Part shown: in pieces, positions 11,835 through 24,835 of the stretch
How the letters are laid out: each line of letters begins with the position of its first letter
Numbering within the stretch: the stretch's first letter is position 1
DNA from: Chiloscyllium plagiosum
Taxonomy: Eukaryota
Assembly: GCF_004010195.1 (NCBI RefSeq)
Contig: NC_057726.1
Coordinates: 70,009,468-70,073,467, forward strand
Length of the DNA: 64,000 nt
Reading direction: 5' to 3'
Made by a program: the position numbers and the translations under genes
The notes under the pieces: model-generated
Databases searched by the model: none
The model's input: only the letters and a program-made list of their open reading frames with translations
Told to the model about the DNA's origin: nothing

Positions 11835-13420
11835 AAGAAAGGAGGAAACAGTGAAACTACAGACCTGTCAGTCAACCTTTGCGTGGGAAAACTAATGGAA
11901 GCCATTCTCAGTGAAAGGATTAATCTCAACTGGAGAGATAGCGATTAATGAAGAACAACCTGCTTGGTTTTGTGAAGGGGAGGTCATGTCTTACCAATTT
12001 GATTGAAATTTTCAAAGAGGTGTCCATGTCCATAGATCCCTGAACGTTTCCACCCAAGTTGATAGGGTTTATAATAAGGCATACGGTGTGTCAGCTTTTA
12101 TTGATAGAGGGGTTGAGTTTCGAAGCCATGAGGTCACGTTGCAGCTGCACAAAACTCTGGTGCGGCTGCACTTGGAGCATTGCATACAGTTCTAGTCGCC
12201 ACATTATGGGAAGAATGTGGAAGCATTGAAAAGGGTGCAGAGGGGTTTTACCAGGATGTTGCCTGGAATGGAGGGAGGGTCCAATGATGAAAGTCTGATG
12301 GAATTGACGCTGTTTTTGTTAAAGACAAGAAGATTGAGTGGCGACATAATCTCGGCATACGGGATGATCAGAGGATTCGGGAGGGTGAACAGTGAAAGTG
12401 TTTTCCTTGGATGGTGTTGGCAAGCACAAGGGGGGCATAGTTTTAAGTTGAGGGGTGATAGTTATAGGGCAGATGTCAGAGTTAGGTTCTTTACTCAGAG
12501 AATAGTAAAGGCATGGAATGCCCTGCCTGCAACAGGTCATTGGATAAACATATGGATGATAATGGAATAGTGTCGGTTACATGGGCTTTAGATTGGTTTC
12601 ACAGGTTGGCACAAAATCAAGGGCCGAAGGGTCTTTATTATGTTGTAATGTTCTATGTTCTATGTTCCATGTTCTTTGTTCTATGGAGGTGACCAGGTTT
12701 GGTGCTGAGGGCAAGACTTTTAATGTATTATACGTGGTACTTGATAAAGTCCCACATGGGAGATTGATAGCAAAGGTAAGAGCTCATGGGATCCAACAAA
12801 GTTTGCAAATTGGAACAACTTTTGTCTGTGTTATAGGGAGCAGAGGGTGTTTTTTCTAATTGGGAGACTGTGCCCTGTCATTGATGGGGCCCTTGCTCTT
12901 TGTTGATATAGATTATTTAGACTTGAATTAGGAGAGTTGATCAGACAGTTCGCACACGATATGAGAATTGGTAGAGTGATAAATATTGAGGAGGATGGCT
13001 TTAAATTAGAGACGGATACAGATGATCATGTCAGATGGGCAAATCAGTGGTAAATGCAATTCCAAGATGGGTAAATGCAGTTGGGTAGGACAAATGAAGC
13101 AATAAAATACATGATGAAAAATAGGACCCAAGGACATTTATATACATGCCCACTCGTCATTTAAGGTATCAGGACAGGTGGGTAAAATGATTAAGAAGGC
13201 ATATGCTTTCCTTGCCTTTATCAGTCAAGGCAATAGTTTAAGAGCAAGAGGGTTAAGCTGCAACTGCATAAAAGTTTGGATAAGAAACAGCTCGAATACT
13301 GCGTGCAGGTCTGAAATCAACCTTTCAGCATGCTTATCAGAAGCCTATGCATTAGCACCAGATAGGGTGCAAAGGAGATTTGTCAGCATGTTGCTTGTAC
13401 TGGAAGTTTCAGTTATGAAT
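11835..13420 (+). mobile_element. Nested degenerate CR1 LINE fragments
   Basis: RT-region remnants (LKRVQRGFTRMLPGM; DKVPHGRLI) with an internal (GTTCTAT)n tail at about 12648-12685. Confidence 0.85.
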
Positions 13421-13623
13421 ACATTTTCAGAAATGTTAATGGTTTCATTAGTTCCTTCATCATTTGTGGGGAAATTGAGTGGATAAGCACTATGGTTCAA
13501 TCACTTCATTGGCACTAGATATAAACCAAACCTTTAAATAGTGAGAAGAAAGGGAAATTCATAGATATTTAACCACTTGACACAAAAGAAACAAACACAA
13601 CAAGACTACTAATTATAAATTAA

Positions 13624-16600
13624 GAGAACATAGAACATAGAACATTACAGCGCAGTACAGGCCCTTTGACTCTCGATGTTGCGCTGACCTGTCAGACCAA
13701 TCTGAAGCCCATCTAACCTACACTATTCCATGTACGTCCATTTGCTTGTCTAATGACGACTTAAATGTATTTAAAGTTGGCGAATCTACTACCGTTGCAC
13801 GCAAAGCATTCCAAACCCTTATTACTCTTTGAGTAAAGAAACTACCTCTGACATCTGTCCTCCATCTAACACCCATCAATTTAAAGCTATTCACCCTCGT
13901 GCTCACCGTCACGATACTTGGAAAAAAGGCTCTCCCTGTCAACCCTCTCTAACCCTTTGATTATCTTATATGTCTCTATTAAGTCACCTCTCAATCTCCT
14001 TCTCTCCAACGAAAACAGCCTCAAGTCCCTCAGCCTTTCTTCATAAGACCTTCCCTCCAGGCAACATCCTAATAAATCTCCTTTGCACTCTTTCCAAAGC
14101 TTTACATCCTATTTATAATGCGGTAACCATAACTGTACACAATACTCCAAGTGCGGCCGCACCAGAGTTTTGTACAGCTGTAGCACTGTCTCATGCATTG
14201 GAACTCGATCCCTCTGTTAATAAAAGTTAAAGCTCTGTATGCCTTCTTAACAACCCTGTCAACCGGGGTGGCAACTTTCAAGGATCTATGTACCTGGACA
14301 CCGAGATCTCTCTGCTCATCTACACTACCAAGAATCTTACCATTAGCCCAGTACTTTGCATTCCGGTTACTCCGACCAAAGTGAATCACCTCACACTTAT
14401 CCACATACAACTCTATTTGCCACCTCTCAGCCCAGCTCTGCAGCTTATCTATGTCTTTCTGTAACCTACAACATCTTTCGTCACTGTGCACAACTCCACC
14501 GATCTTAGTGTCATCTGCAAATTTACTAACCCGCCCTTCTACGCCCTCATCCAGGTCGTTTATAAAGATGGCAAACAGCAGTGAACCCAACACCAACCCT
14601 TGCGGTACACCACTAGTAATAGACTCCAGCGTGAATACTTCCCATCAAACACCACCCTCTGTCTTCTTTCAGCAAGCCAATTACTGATCCAAACTGCTAT
14701 ATCTCCCACAATCCCATTCCTCTGCATTTTGTACAATAGCCTACTGTGGCGAACCTTATCGAACGTCTTGCTGAAATCCATATACACCAGATCAACCGGT
14801 TTACTCTCATTTACCTGTTTGGTCACCTCTCAAAGAACTCAATAAGGTTTTTGAGGCACGAGCTACCCTTCACAAAACCATGCTGACTATCCCTAATCAA
14901 ATTATTCTTTTCTACATGATTATCCTATCTCTTATCACCTTTTCCAACACTTTACCAACAACTGAAGAAAGGCTCACTGGTCTATAATTACCTGGGTTGT
15001 CTCTACTCCCCTTCTTGAACAGGGGAAACACATTTCCTATCCTCCAGTCTTCTGGCACTATTCCTGTAGACAATGAAGATTTAAAAATCAATGCCTAAGG
15101 CTCGGCAACCTCCTCCTTGGCTGCCCAGAAGATCCTAGGATAAATCCTATCCGGCCCAGGGGATGTATCTATTCTCACACTCTGCAGGGTTTCTAATATC
15201 TCTTCCTTGGGAACCTCAATCTTACCTAGTCTAGTAGCCTAAATCTCAGTATTCTCCTCGACAACATTGTCCTTTTCTAGAGTGAATACTGTTGAAAAAT
15301 ATTCATTAAGTGCTTCCCCTAGCTCCTCTGACTCCACTTACAACTTCCCACTACTATCCTTGATTGGCCCTAATCTTACTCTCATTATTCTCTTATTCCT
15401 TAAATACCTATAGAAAGCCTTGGGGTTTACCCTGATCCTATACGCCAAAAAATTCTCATGTCTTCTCCTGGCTCTTCTGAGCTCTCTCTTGAGGTCTTTC
15501 CTGGCTACCTTGTAACCCTCAAACGCCCTAACTGAGCCTTCACATCTCATCCTAACATAAGCCTTCTTCTTCCTCTTGACCAGAGATTCCACTTGCTTCG
15601 TAAACCATGGCTCCAGCGGTCTACAACTTCCTCCCTGCCTGACAGGTACATACTTATCTAGGGCACACAGGAGCTTTTCCTTGAATAAGCTCCACATTTC
15701 TAATATGCCCATCCCTGCAGCTTCTTTCCCCATCCGATGCTTCCTAAATCTTGCCTAATCGCATCATAACTGCCTTTCCCCCAGCTGTAATTCTTGCCCA
15801 GTGGTATACACCTATCCCTTTCTATCACTAAAGTAAACATAATAGAATTGTGATCGCTATCACCAAAGTGCTCACCCACTTCCAAGTCTAACACCTGGCC
15901 AGACTCATTACCCAGTACCAAATTTAATGCGGCTTCATCCCTTGTTGGTCTGTCTACATACTGTGTCAGGAAGCCCTCCTGCACACACTGGACAAAATCT
16001 GACCCATCTATAGTACTCATACTATAGTGTTCCCCGTCAATATTTGGAAAGTTGAATTCCCCCATGACAACTACCCTGTCTCTCTCATTCCTATTGAGAA
16101 TCATCTATGCTATCCTTTCCACTACATCTCTGGAACCAATCGGAAGATTGTAGAAAACTCCCAACAGGGTGACCTCTCCTTTCCTGTTTCTAACCTCAGC
16201 CCATACTACCTCAGTTGACGAGTCCCCAAACATCCTTTCTGCAACTGTAATACTGTCCTTGACCAACAATGCCACACCTCCCCCGCTTTTATCATCTTCT
16301 CTGTTCTTACTGAAATATCTAAATCCTGGAACTTGCAACAACCATTCCTGTCCCTGCTCTATCCATGTCTCTGAAATGGCCACAACATCGAACTCCCAGG
16401 TACCAACCCATGTTGCAAGTTCACCCATCTTATTCCATATGCTCCTGGCATTGAAGTAGACACACTTCAAACCAACTTCTTGCTTGCTGGTGCCATGTTG
16501 TGTCTCTAAAACTTGATTTCAGAGCTCCCTACTCTCAACCTTTTCTATACTTTAACTACAATATTGGTTCCCATCCACCAGCTGGATTAGTTTAAACTCA

Positions 16601-17230
16601 CCCCAATAGCCTTAGCGAATTTCCCACCCCAGGGTATTGGTACCCCTTTGGTTCAGATGAAGACCATCCTGCTTGTAGAGGTCCCACCTAACCCAGAAAG
16701 AGCCCCAATTATCCAAGAATCCAAAACCCTCCCTCCTGCACCATCCCTGTAGCCACGTGTTCAAATTCTTTCTCTCCCTATTCTCCGCCTCACCAGCACG
16801 TGGCACGGGCAACAAACCAGAACAACAACTCTGTTTGCCCTAGCTCTTAGCGTCGATCCTAGCTCCCTGAATTTCTGCCTTAAATTCCCATCTCTCTTCC
16901 TACCTATATCGTCGGTGCCTATGTGGACCATGATTTGGGGTTGCTCCCCCTCCCCATTAAGGATCCCAAAAACACGATCAGGGACATCACGAACCCTGGC
17001 ACCTAGGAGGTAGCACACCAACCACGAGTCTCTCTCGTTCCCACAGAACCTCCTATCTGTCCCTCTAACTATGGAGTTCCCAAACGACGACTGCTCTGCT
17101 CCTCTTCCCCCTTCCCTTCTGAACAGCAGAGTCAGACTACGTGCCAGACCCCTGTGTCCAACTGCTTTCCCCTGGTAAGTCCCCCCCCCCCCAACAGTAT
17201 TCAAAACGGTGACTTATTGTTGAGGGGAAT
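13624..17230 (-). mobile_element. Near full-length degenerate CR1 LINE (ORF1 esterase domain + ORF2 APE-RT)
   Basis: ORF1 SGNH/GDSL-like motifs (GNSIVRGTDRRFCG, GARVRDV, MVHIGTDDIG, DGLHLN) 16612-17204; APE (YFNARSI, AISETW, GDSDHN) 15700-16470; RT (YMDFSKTFDKV, KFADDTKIGG) 14102-14826; (GTTCTAT)n tail at about 13626-13645. Multiple frameshifts. Confidence 0.95.
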
Positions 17231-20184
17231 GGCCAGTTTTTTTCTTGGTCGGTCGGTCGTCCTTGGAATGTTGTGCCCACCATTGATCTCATCAAATGCT
17301 AGATGATGTTAAGGCTTTGGTATGCATACAGCTGAGGTCACTACATCTAAATGAAATCAATGTTATCAAGATAGGCAATTATCAATAGCAAATTAGACTC
17401 AGCACTGATCTGATTAAGTTTCGAAGATACTAAGTAGAATACAATGTACTGCATTTGACAGTCGGATTAAATTCAATGGCATAGAAGGATGAGTAGTCAT
17501 TATTGTACAGCAACACACTGATCAAGTTAGAATTAACTCTAAGAGAATATTCACTGCAATAGAACAGCTACTCTGTTTAGATGATGATTGAAGATCTGTG
17601 CCTGTGAGGATTTGATGTTATTATCTCTAATCTTCCAGTAGTGACATTTTCTGCTGTCGCTTGTAAGTCAGCAATCTAAGGGAACTAATGTATAAATTAA
17701 ATCAAATAAAATAGTGATGACAGGATGGTTGATGTGTTGCTACTGCAAACTGTTGAAGCTGCTGAGCACGAATATAGTCTATAGCAAACACAACTGTAGA
17801 AAGTGCTTCCAACTCAAAGAACTTTGCATCTGAGCTGGATTCTGAGTTAAAGTCATTGCATCACACTAGGGAAGGGGAAAGTTACCTTGACACATTTTTC
17901 CATTGGGTTGTCACACTACTCAGAACAGCCCATTCAAAATTGATTTGTTAGCGGCGACAGGAGTGTGCAACTTCAGGTAAGGTAGTTAAGGGATTTTTCA
18001 GTGAAGGACCCTCAGCCCTAGCAACAGTTATGAGGTTCTTGGAAGCTGTGAGGGTAAAAAAGAACAAGGTGGTGGAAACAGAAGGATTAGGAAACTGACC
18101 ACAGTACCTGCAAACACAGAACATTCATGTTGGGAGACGAAATAGATAGGAAGTTGTAGTAGAGAGCATTTCAATTATGGCTCTGTCAAAGGGCTCTCTG
18201 GACTCAAAAGGTTAACTGTGTTTTGTCTCCACATATGCAACCAGATTTGTTGAGTTTCTCCCAGAACTTCCATTTTTTTTATTTCAAATATGTAGCATCA
18301 ACAGTTCGTTCATCGGTATTTTAATACAATTAGCGGAATGTATATTGTTCTGTGCATCAGTGAACGAGTGGTCCAAAGACTGCATTTTCTGTATAGTGTC
18401 AGGTTCAAGGATATCTGCTCGGGTTGGTCAGGAACTTGAAGATGGAAGAGAGGAATCCAGATGTCTTCACCCACGTTGGGAAGAATGACATTGATAGGAC
18501 TGGACTGGTGATTGTGCTGAAAGATTTGAAGAGTTGCAAACTAAATTAGAAAAGTGTAACCTCCAAAGTAATAATCTAGGGATTAGGACCTGACCCATAG
18601 GCAAACTGATCCCTGAAAAATAAGTCAATGAGTAAAATACATAGTTCATTATATGTTGCGAATTGCTTTCAGGTTGTGGGAGCAATGGCACCAGAACTGG
18701 GCAGTAGAGATTTGATCCAATGGGACAGACTTCGTTTGAATGGCACTGGGTCTAGTGTGTAGGGGATTTGAATAACTGAAGCTGTTGGATAATGTGTTAA
18801 TCTAATTTATGTGTGTGTTCATTTGTGTGTGGGTGTGTGCGCACGCGCATGTGGTGGGTGGGTCTGGAGGAGTAGTGCTGGAGGAGGATTTGGATGAGGG
18901 TAAATGTAGACTTAACAAAGTCACAAGATATGGAAGCATTACATAACAATATCTAAAGAGGGAACTGGAGGGAAAAATGGATAAACATAGATAACAACTA
19001 TAAATAGGGTCAGAGTGGAGGGATAATGGTAAAATCATTCTTCATATGAATGTGCACGGAATTTGGTGCAAAAATTAATTTCTGTCACAAATTGTTTTAT
19101 AAATAATAAAAGAAATTATCTCAAAATATTTGGAAAGAATTGGCAGGATTAAGCAAAGCTGGCAGAGGTTTATGAAATGCAAATCATTCTCAACAAATCC
19201 ACTGGAGCTTTTTAAAGGTTCACTACTATAATAGATGAGGGAGAATTGGTTGATGGGGTGTAGCTGGATTTTCACAAGCCTTTGGTAAGTTTACTTGTAA
19301 GAGGATGTGGATAAATTATGCTAAAGTACGGAGGATATATTATAATATATGGTCATTGATTGAAAATTGCTTGACACACACAAATTCGGTGTTGGTTTTG
19401 AGTAGTGAGGAGGACACATAGAGGATAGGATCAGGAATCTGTCATTCTATTCCTTAAACATGCTCCACCATTCAATAAAATGATGGCTGATCATTGACCT
19501 AAATACTCTAATCCCACCTTCTATGTCCTTTGAGCTATATCCACCTCCTTCTTGAAAACACAATGGTTTGGCCTCAACAACTTGCTGAAGGAGTGAATTC
19601 TGCAGGCTCACTGCTCCCTGGGTCACAAAACTTCAAGGAAGCTTCAAGGCTAGAGAGATAGTTCAGTCAGTGGGAAAACATATCACACACTCAGTAAAGT
19701 GTAGCCAACTGTGATGTTGTATAGTACGATGTTCCTTGTGATTTGATGTCAAGTAAAATTCGTTCTGTGCTAGAAATATGAACTCAAAGCAAAAATGCTG
19801 TAGAAAGTCAAAATGCCTGGAAATTGAAGTTGAAACTCGAATATCTGTGGAGGGGGAAACGGATATTACTTTTATTCAGGATGAATGGAGTCTTAAAGTG
19901 GTGTTTAGTATGGTCGTGACAGAGAGGGAGAAGGAGCAAGGGAAACTGATTGTGAGCGTTACCAGAGCGTTACCAGCAGTTATAGTTGAGTGATAGAGCT
20001 GTGCATGGTATGTGTTCGCTGTGTGGAAATAATGGTTCTGCCTTTCTGAGAATAAAGCCAGAAAGACCTGACAGGGACATTGTTAGTGGATGATACAATG
20101 AAAATAGAGTTCAAAGGTCGTAGTCTGAAGTGGTGCAGCTCAGCACTGACTCCTACAGGCTGTAAAGTACCGAGCAGAAAATGA

Positions 20185-20873
20185 TTTGGAGACACCGGTG
20201 TTGGACTGGGGTGTACAAAGTCAAAAATCACACAACACCAGGTTATACTCCAACGTGTTTATTATTTGGAAGCATTAGCTTTCAGAGCGCTATTCCTTTA
20301 TCAGGTGGTTGTGGAGAATAAGATTGTAAGACAAAGAAATTATAATAAAAGTTTACTGTGTGATGTAACTGAAATTATATATTGAAAAAGACCTGGATTG
20401 TTTGTTAAGTCTCTCCTCTTTGAGAATGACCATGTTGGTTTCAGTTCGTTCATATGTAAAATGCAAAACTATTTTTGAAAGTTACATTCTCAAGTCAACT
20501 TTAACAATCGGTGTCATGTTGGCCCAGATAATGCATTGAAGGTTTGAGTTACCCTGTCAGGCTGTCTGTGCCGCAATGGTCTGACTGATTCTAGTCTTAA
20601 AAATGGATTTAGAGAAGCTTACATGGATTCTATCAGTTTTTGAGGAAAGTAAAATGTAATTCTGCAAGTATCTAAAAGATATGAGACTTAACAAACAATC
20701 CAGGTCTTTTTCAATACTTAATTTCAATTACATCACTGGAACCTTTTACTATAAATTCTGTGTCTTACAATCTTATTCTCCACAACCATCTGATGAAGGA
20801 ACAGCGCTTTGAAAGCTAGTGCTTCTAAATAAACTGGTCTGACTATAACCTGGTGTTGTGTGATTTTTAACTT
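20185..20873. mobile_element. Penelope-derived fold-back insertion
   Basis: About 200-bp inverted arms (about 20218-20424 / 20672-20873); 12-bp TSD AGCASAAAATGA (20173-20184, 20874-20885); inserted in an older minus-strand PLE (LGTLQPVG). Confidence 0.85.
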
Positions 20874-23179
20874 AGCACAAAATGAATTGTTCCTCCAGTT
20901 TGTGTTAATCTTCATTGCAACACTGGAGCAAGCCAAAAAGAAATATTAGCCTGGGAATAAGGCTGTTCATTGAAATGACAAGTTAGATCGGGGTCATTCC
21001 CACAGGCACAGCAGAGGTTTCGATGTTTTCTTTTTACACATTCAGAGGATGTGCGTTTTACTGGTGAGTCCAGTGTTTATTGTCCATTCCAAATTTCCCT
21101 GGGGGACAATGAACAGTCCACCACATTGCTGTAGGAGCAAATTACTGCAGATGCTGGAAAAGAGCCATTCCAGGCACAAAATGTGAACTCGGTTTCTGTC
21201 TCCACAGATACTGACAGAGCTGTTCAGTCTCTCCAGCAATTTTTGTTGTTATTTTTCTGAGTAAATTGTGCAGCTTAACGCAGTTATTTAAATATGTAGG
21301 TATTCTCTACAGTCATTGTTTTCAAAGCATTGTCCCAATCTGGAGTGATGCAGTCACACAACTCAGCAACTAATTACTCTAAAGCTCATGAAATGAATGG
21401 TTTTGTCAACCAAGAGCTGCAAGGAGACTGGAGCAAACATAGAAGAAACAAGACTTCTATGACTTTTTGTACAGGTATATTCAAAATCAGAATGTGATTT
21501 TTACTCCAAATTATTGTTCGGCAAAAGCTGACAAGTGTGTTCCAACCCGCTTTAAATTCCTAAATCCGCAACCCACCTGGAAGCACTCCACCCCGAGATT
21601 GTTCCCTGCTCCTAAACTCTGAGCCGCGGCAAAATCTTGTAAAGAAGGATGGCCTCAAGCATCCAAGTCACAACTGCTATGTCAGCCTTCAGCAACAGCA
21701 AAGAGCAGGTTTTCAGGCAAGCCCTTTCCCTCGAGTTTTCATTAATTGCTACGCCCTGGAATCTTCTGTTAAGTTGACTTTTTGACTAACCTGCAGGTTT
21801 AAAGTCTGAGTGCTCCTCCATAACGTGTGGGGAGGAACAGAGATATCCGTACTCGATGAAAATTTTCAGTTTTCACTGATATAGCTAAGCACTCTGCCCT
21901 TAGCATTCAATTTAACGAATGCCATAAGACACTAGATACAAAACGAGAGCACGGGATAATGTTAGGTCGAAATTATGGCATGACAATACAGACATAGCGA
22001 CTTGAAGTGATACAGCAATAAAGGAATCACATCTCGACGAAATATTCAAAAGCATAACCTTCTTCTTGATTAAAACTTCCACCACAGCCTCATCAATCAG
22101 TTGGGTGCTTTGTTATTTGACTTTATTTGGCAAGGCAGTTTGATTCACATCCATGGGGTAATAACAATTATCTGATCCGAAAATATGACACACATACATA
22201 CACACACATACACACACATACAAAGTCATAATTATTTCACTGATGATTATTAGGAGGGTCATGCGCGGAAAGAACAATCATTCTGCATTACTTTGATCCC
22301 ATTTTCGTACAGACTGCAATTTATGGAGGGAAAGACCTTAGCTCGCTGTTCAAACAAAATGAGCTTGCCTTACATTTACAAACAAGTCATCAAAGAAGCT
22401 GAAGATTTTGAAGCATGGGCGCTGACAAACCCAAACATTGACACAGATTGGTCCACATCAGTTTTCAACAGAAAAGACTCAGGGCTTGCAATGTATCTGG
22501 TGCTTCAGAGATGATAAATGCTGACCACACAATTAATTTGGCAATTGGATAATGTCCTTGAAAATAATAGTTGAAGAACTGCATCATTGTGTCAAGGCAT
22601 CATGGAAAATTTACAAGCATGTCTTGGGATGAAACTGGAACTGGAAGAAAAGGGAGAAAAATAGAAAATCCTAGAACTTGCTGGTATGCTGAAAATTACA
22701 TACCTATTCAAGACTCGGAATGCCATATACATCAGGTATCTGGGTCCCTTGGATTTCTCTGAAAGAAACACAAAAATGGATTTGACATGAATAGCCATCA
22801 ACAAGCATAAGATTTTTAGTATGATGCTCTGTCTACCTTATTGAGACAAATAAATAAGTAAGGTACCATTCAGAAAAGAGCCCTCATGCCTGATGAAGGG
22901 TTCCAGCCCGAAAAGTCGATTTTCCTGCTCCTCGGATGCTGCCTGGCCTACTGTGTTTTTCCAGCAACACACTCTCAAGTCTGATCTCCAGCATATGCAG
23001 ACCTCACTGTCTCCTACCATTCAGAAAGCCCAGAGTACATCCGACATAAAGACTATTCTCTTTCATCTAAATGAAATGAATGAACAATGAATGATGAGGC
23101 AATATGGCTTTGGAGATTCAGCAGGTTTTCTATCAACATGACCTGAAGGCTTTTGGGGCCTGAAATAGAAGTTCATTGA

Positions 23180-23567
23180 ATCCTGACAGTCCAGAAACAG
23201 GCTATTCAGCCCAACAATCCACATTGACCCACTGGAAGAGTCACCCACCCAGACGCATTTCCCTGATCTGTTACTTTACATTTCCCTTCACAAATGCACC
23301 AAACCTACACATCCCTGAACACTTTGGGCATTCCTGAAGAAGGGCTTATGCCTGAAACGTCGATTCTCCTTTTCTCTGGATGCTGCCTGACCTGCGCTTT
23401 TCCAGCAAAACTTTTTCAATTTTAGCATGGCCAATTCTGTGGGAGGAAACCCATCAGACAAGGAGAGGATGTGCAACTCCACACAGACAGTTGCCCGAGG
23501 CTGGAATCGAACGCAGGTCCCCAGCGCTGTGAGGCAGCAGTGTTAATCATGGAGTCACAGTGCCGCC
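23180..23567 (-). mobile_element. HE1-type V-SINE with nested PLE terminal fragment (about 23330-23420)
   Basis: Reverse-complement SINE head CAGCGCTGTGAGGCAGCAGTG; nested ATTCCTGAAGAAGGGCTTATGCCTGAAACGTCGATT. Confidence 0.8.
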
Positions 23568-24199
23568 TTCAAAGGCCATATTGAGCTAATAACAGAGGAT
23601 GGCTCCATGAACCATCTGGGATGGAGCCTCACACAAGGTGGGAACCAGATCCCAATAATTGGGTGCGACACTTTCTTAACAATGTGCCAAATCAAAGACA
23701 TACAAAGCGTGACAACAGACTGAATAAATCCCACAATTTCGAAGTCTGTATGAGATTGAGATTGATCCATGTGAAAAATCCAAAGGACACAAAAGCAAAT
23801 ATATGCCTGTACCTAGCAAAAGACGGTATTTTACTGGAAGTATTGAAGTATGGTGAACTTAGGTATTTAGGCAACACATTAGCCTCATGTGCTTAATTTG
23901 GAAATAATACATATGGTGGACCTTGCAGATGACTATGACATCTAACAAGCAACTCGTGGAATGGAAATCTCTGTGTGAACCCCCATTGAAAATGCAGCAA
24001 TCGAAATTTTGCAGTTTGAAATTTTCCTAGTTTTCGGGAGACTGCGCAGGTTTCTGCTCAATAAAAACTATCAAATAGACAAGTAAGTTTTAAAACAAAA
24101 CCTGGAATAACTGAAGGACTGCAAGCCGGTGCATGTAATTTAGGAATAAGAAAAATAAATTATCATCGTCAACCCAGAGTTGGAACGAGTATTCAGTAA

Positions 24200-24835
24200 A
24201 GAACAAAAAACAAAGAACATTTACAGCCCAGGAGCAGGCCCTTCGGCCCTTCAAGCCTGAGCCGATAAAAATCTATTGTCTAAACGTATCGCCCAATTCC
24301 TAAGCATCTTTATCCCTCTGCTCCCGCCTCCTCATGCATCTGTCCAGCCTAACCTTAAATGAATCTACCGTGTCTGTCTCTACTAACTCTGCTGGCAATG
24401 CTTTCCAGGCACGCACCACCCTCTGTGTGGAGCACTTTCCGCGTGAATCCCTCTTAAATTTTTCACCACTCACGATGAACGTGTGACCTATTGTTATTGA
24501 GTCGCTCACCCTGGGTAAAAGCTTGTCTCTATCTATCCTGTGTATACCCTTCGTGATTTTGTACACCTCAATCAGATCCCTCCTCAATCTTCTTTTTTTC
24601 TAATGAAAACAATCCTAACCTACACAACCTCTCTTCATAGGTAGCACCTTCCATACCAGGCAGCATCCTTGTAAACCTTCTTTGCACCCTCTCCAAAGCA
24701 TCTACATCCTTTTGGTAACGTGGTGATCAGAACTCTACACAGCATTCTAAATGCGGCTAAACCAAAGTCTTGTACAATTTTAACATGACCTGCCAGCTAT
24801 TACACTCAATACCCCATCGCAAAAAGGCAAGCATT
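24200..24835 (-). mobile_element. CR1 LINE 3' end
   Basis: MRRDLIEVYKITKG...TQRVVRAWKALP; tail CAGGCCCTTCGGCCC on +. Confidence 0.9.
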
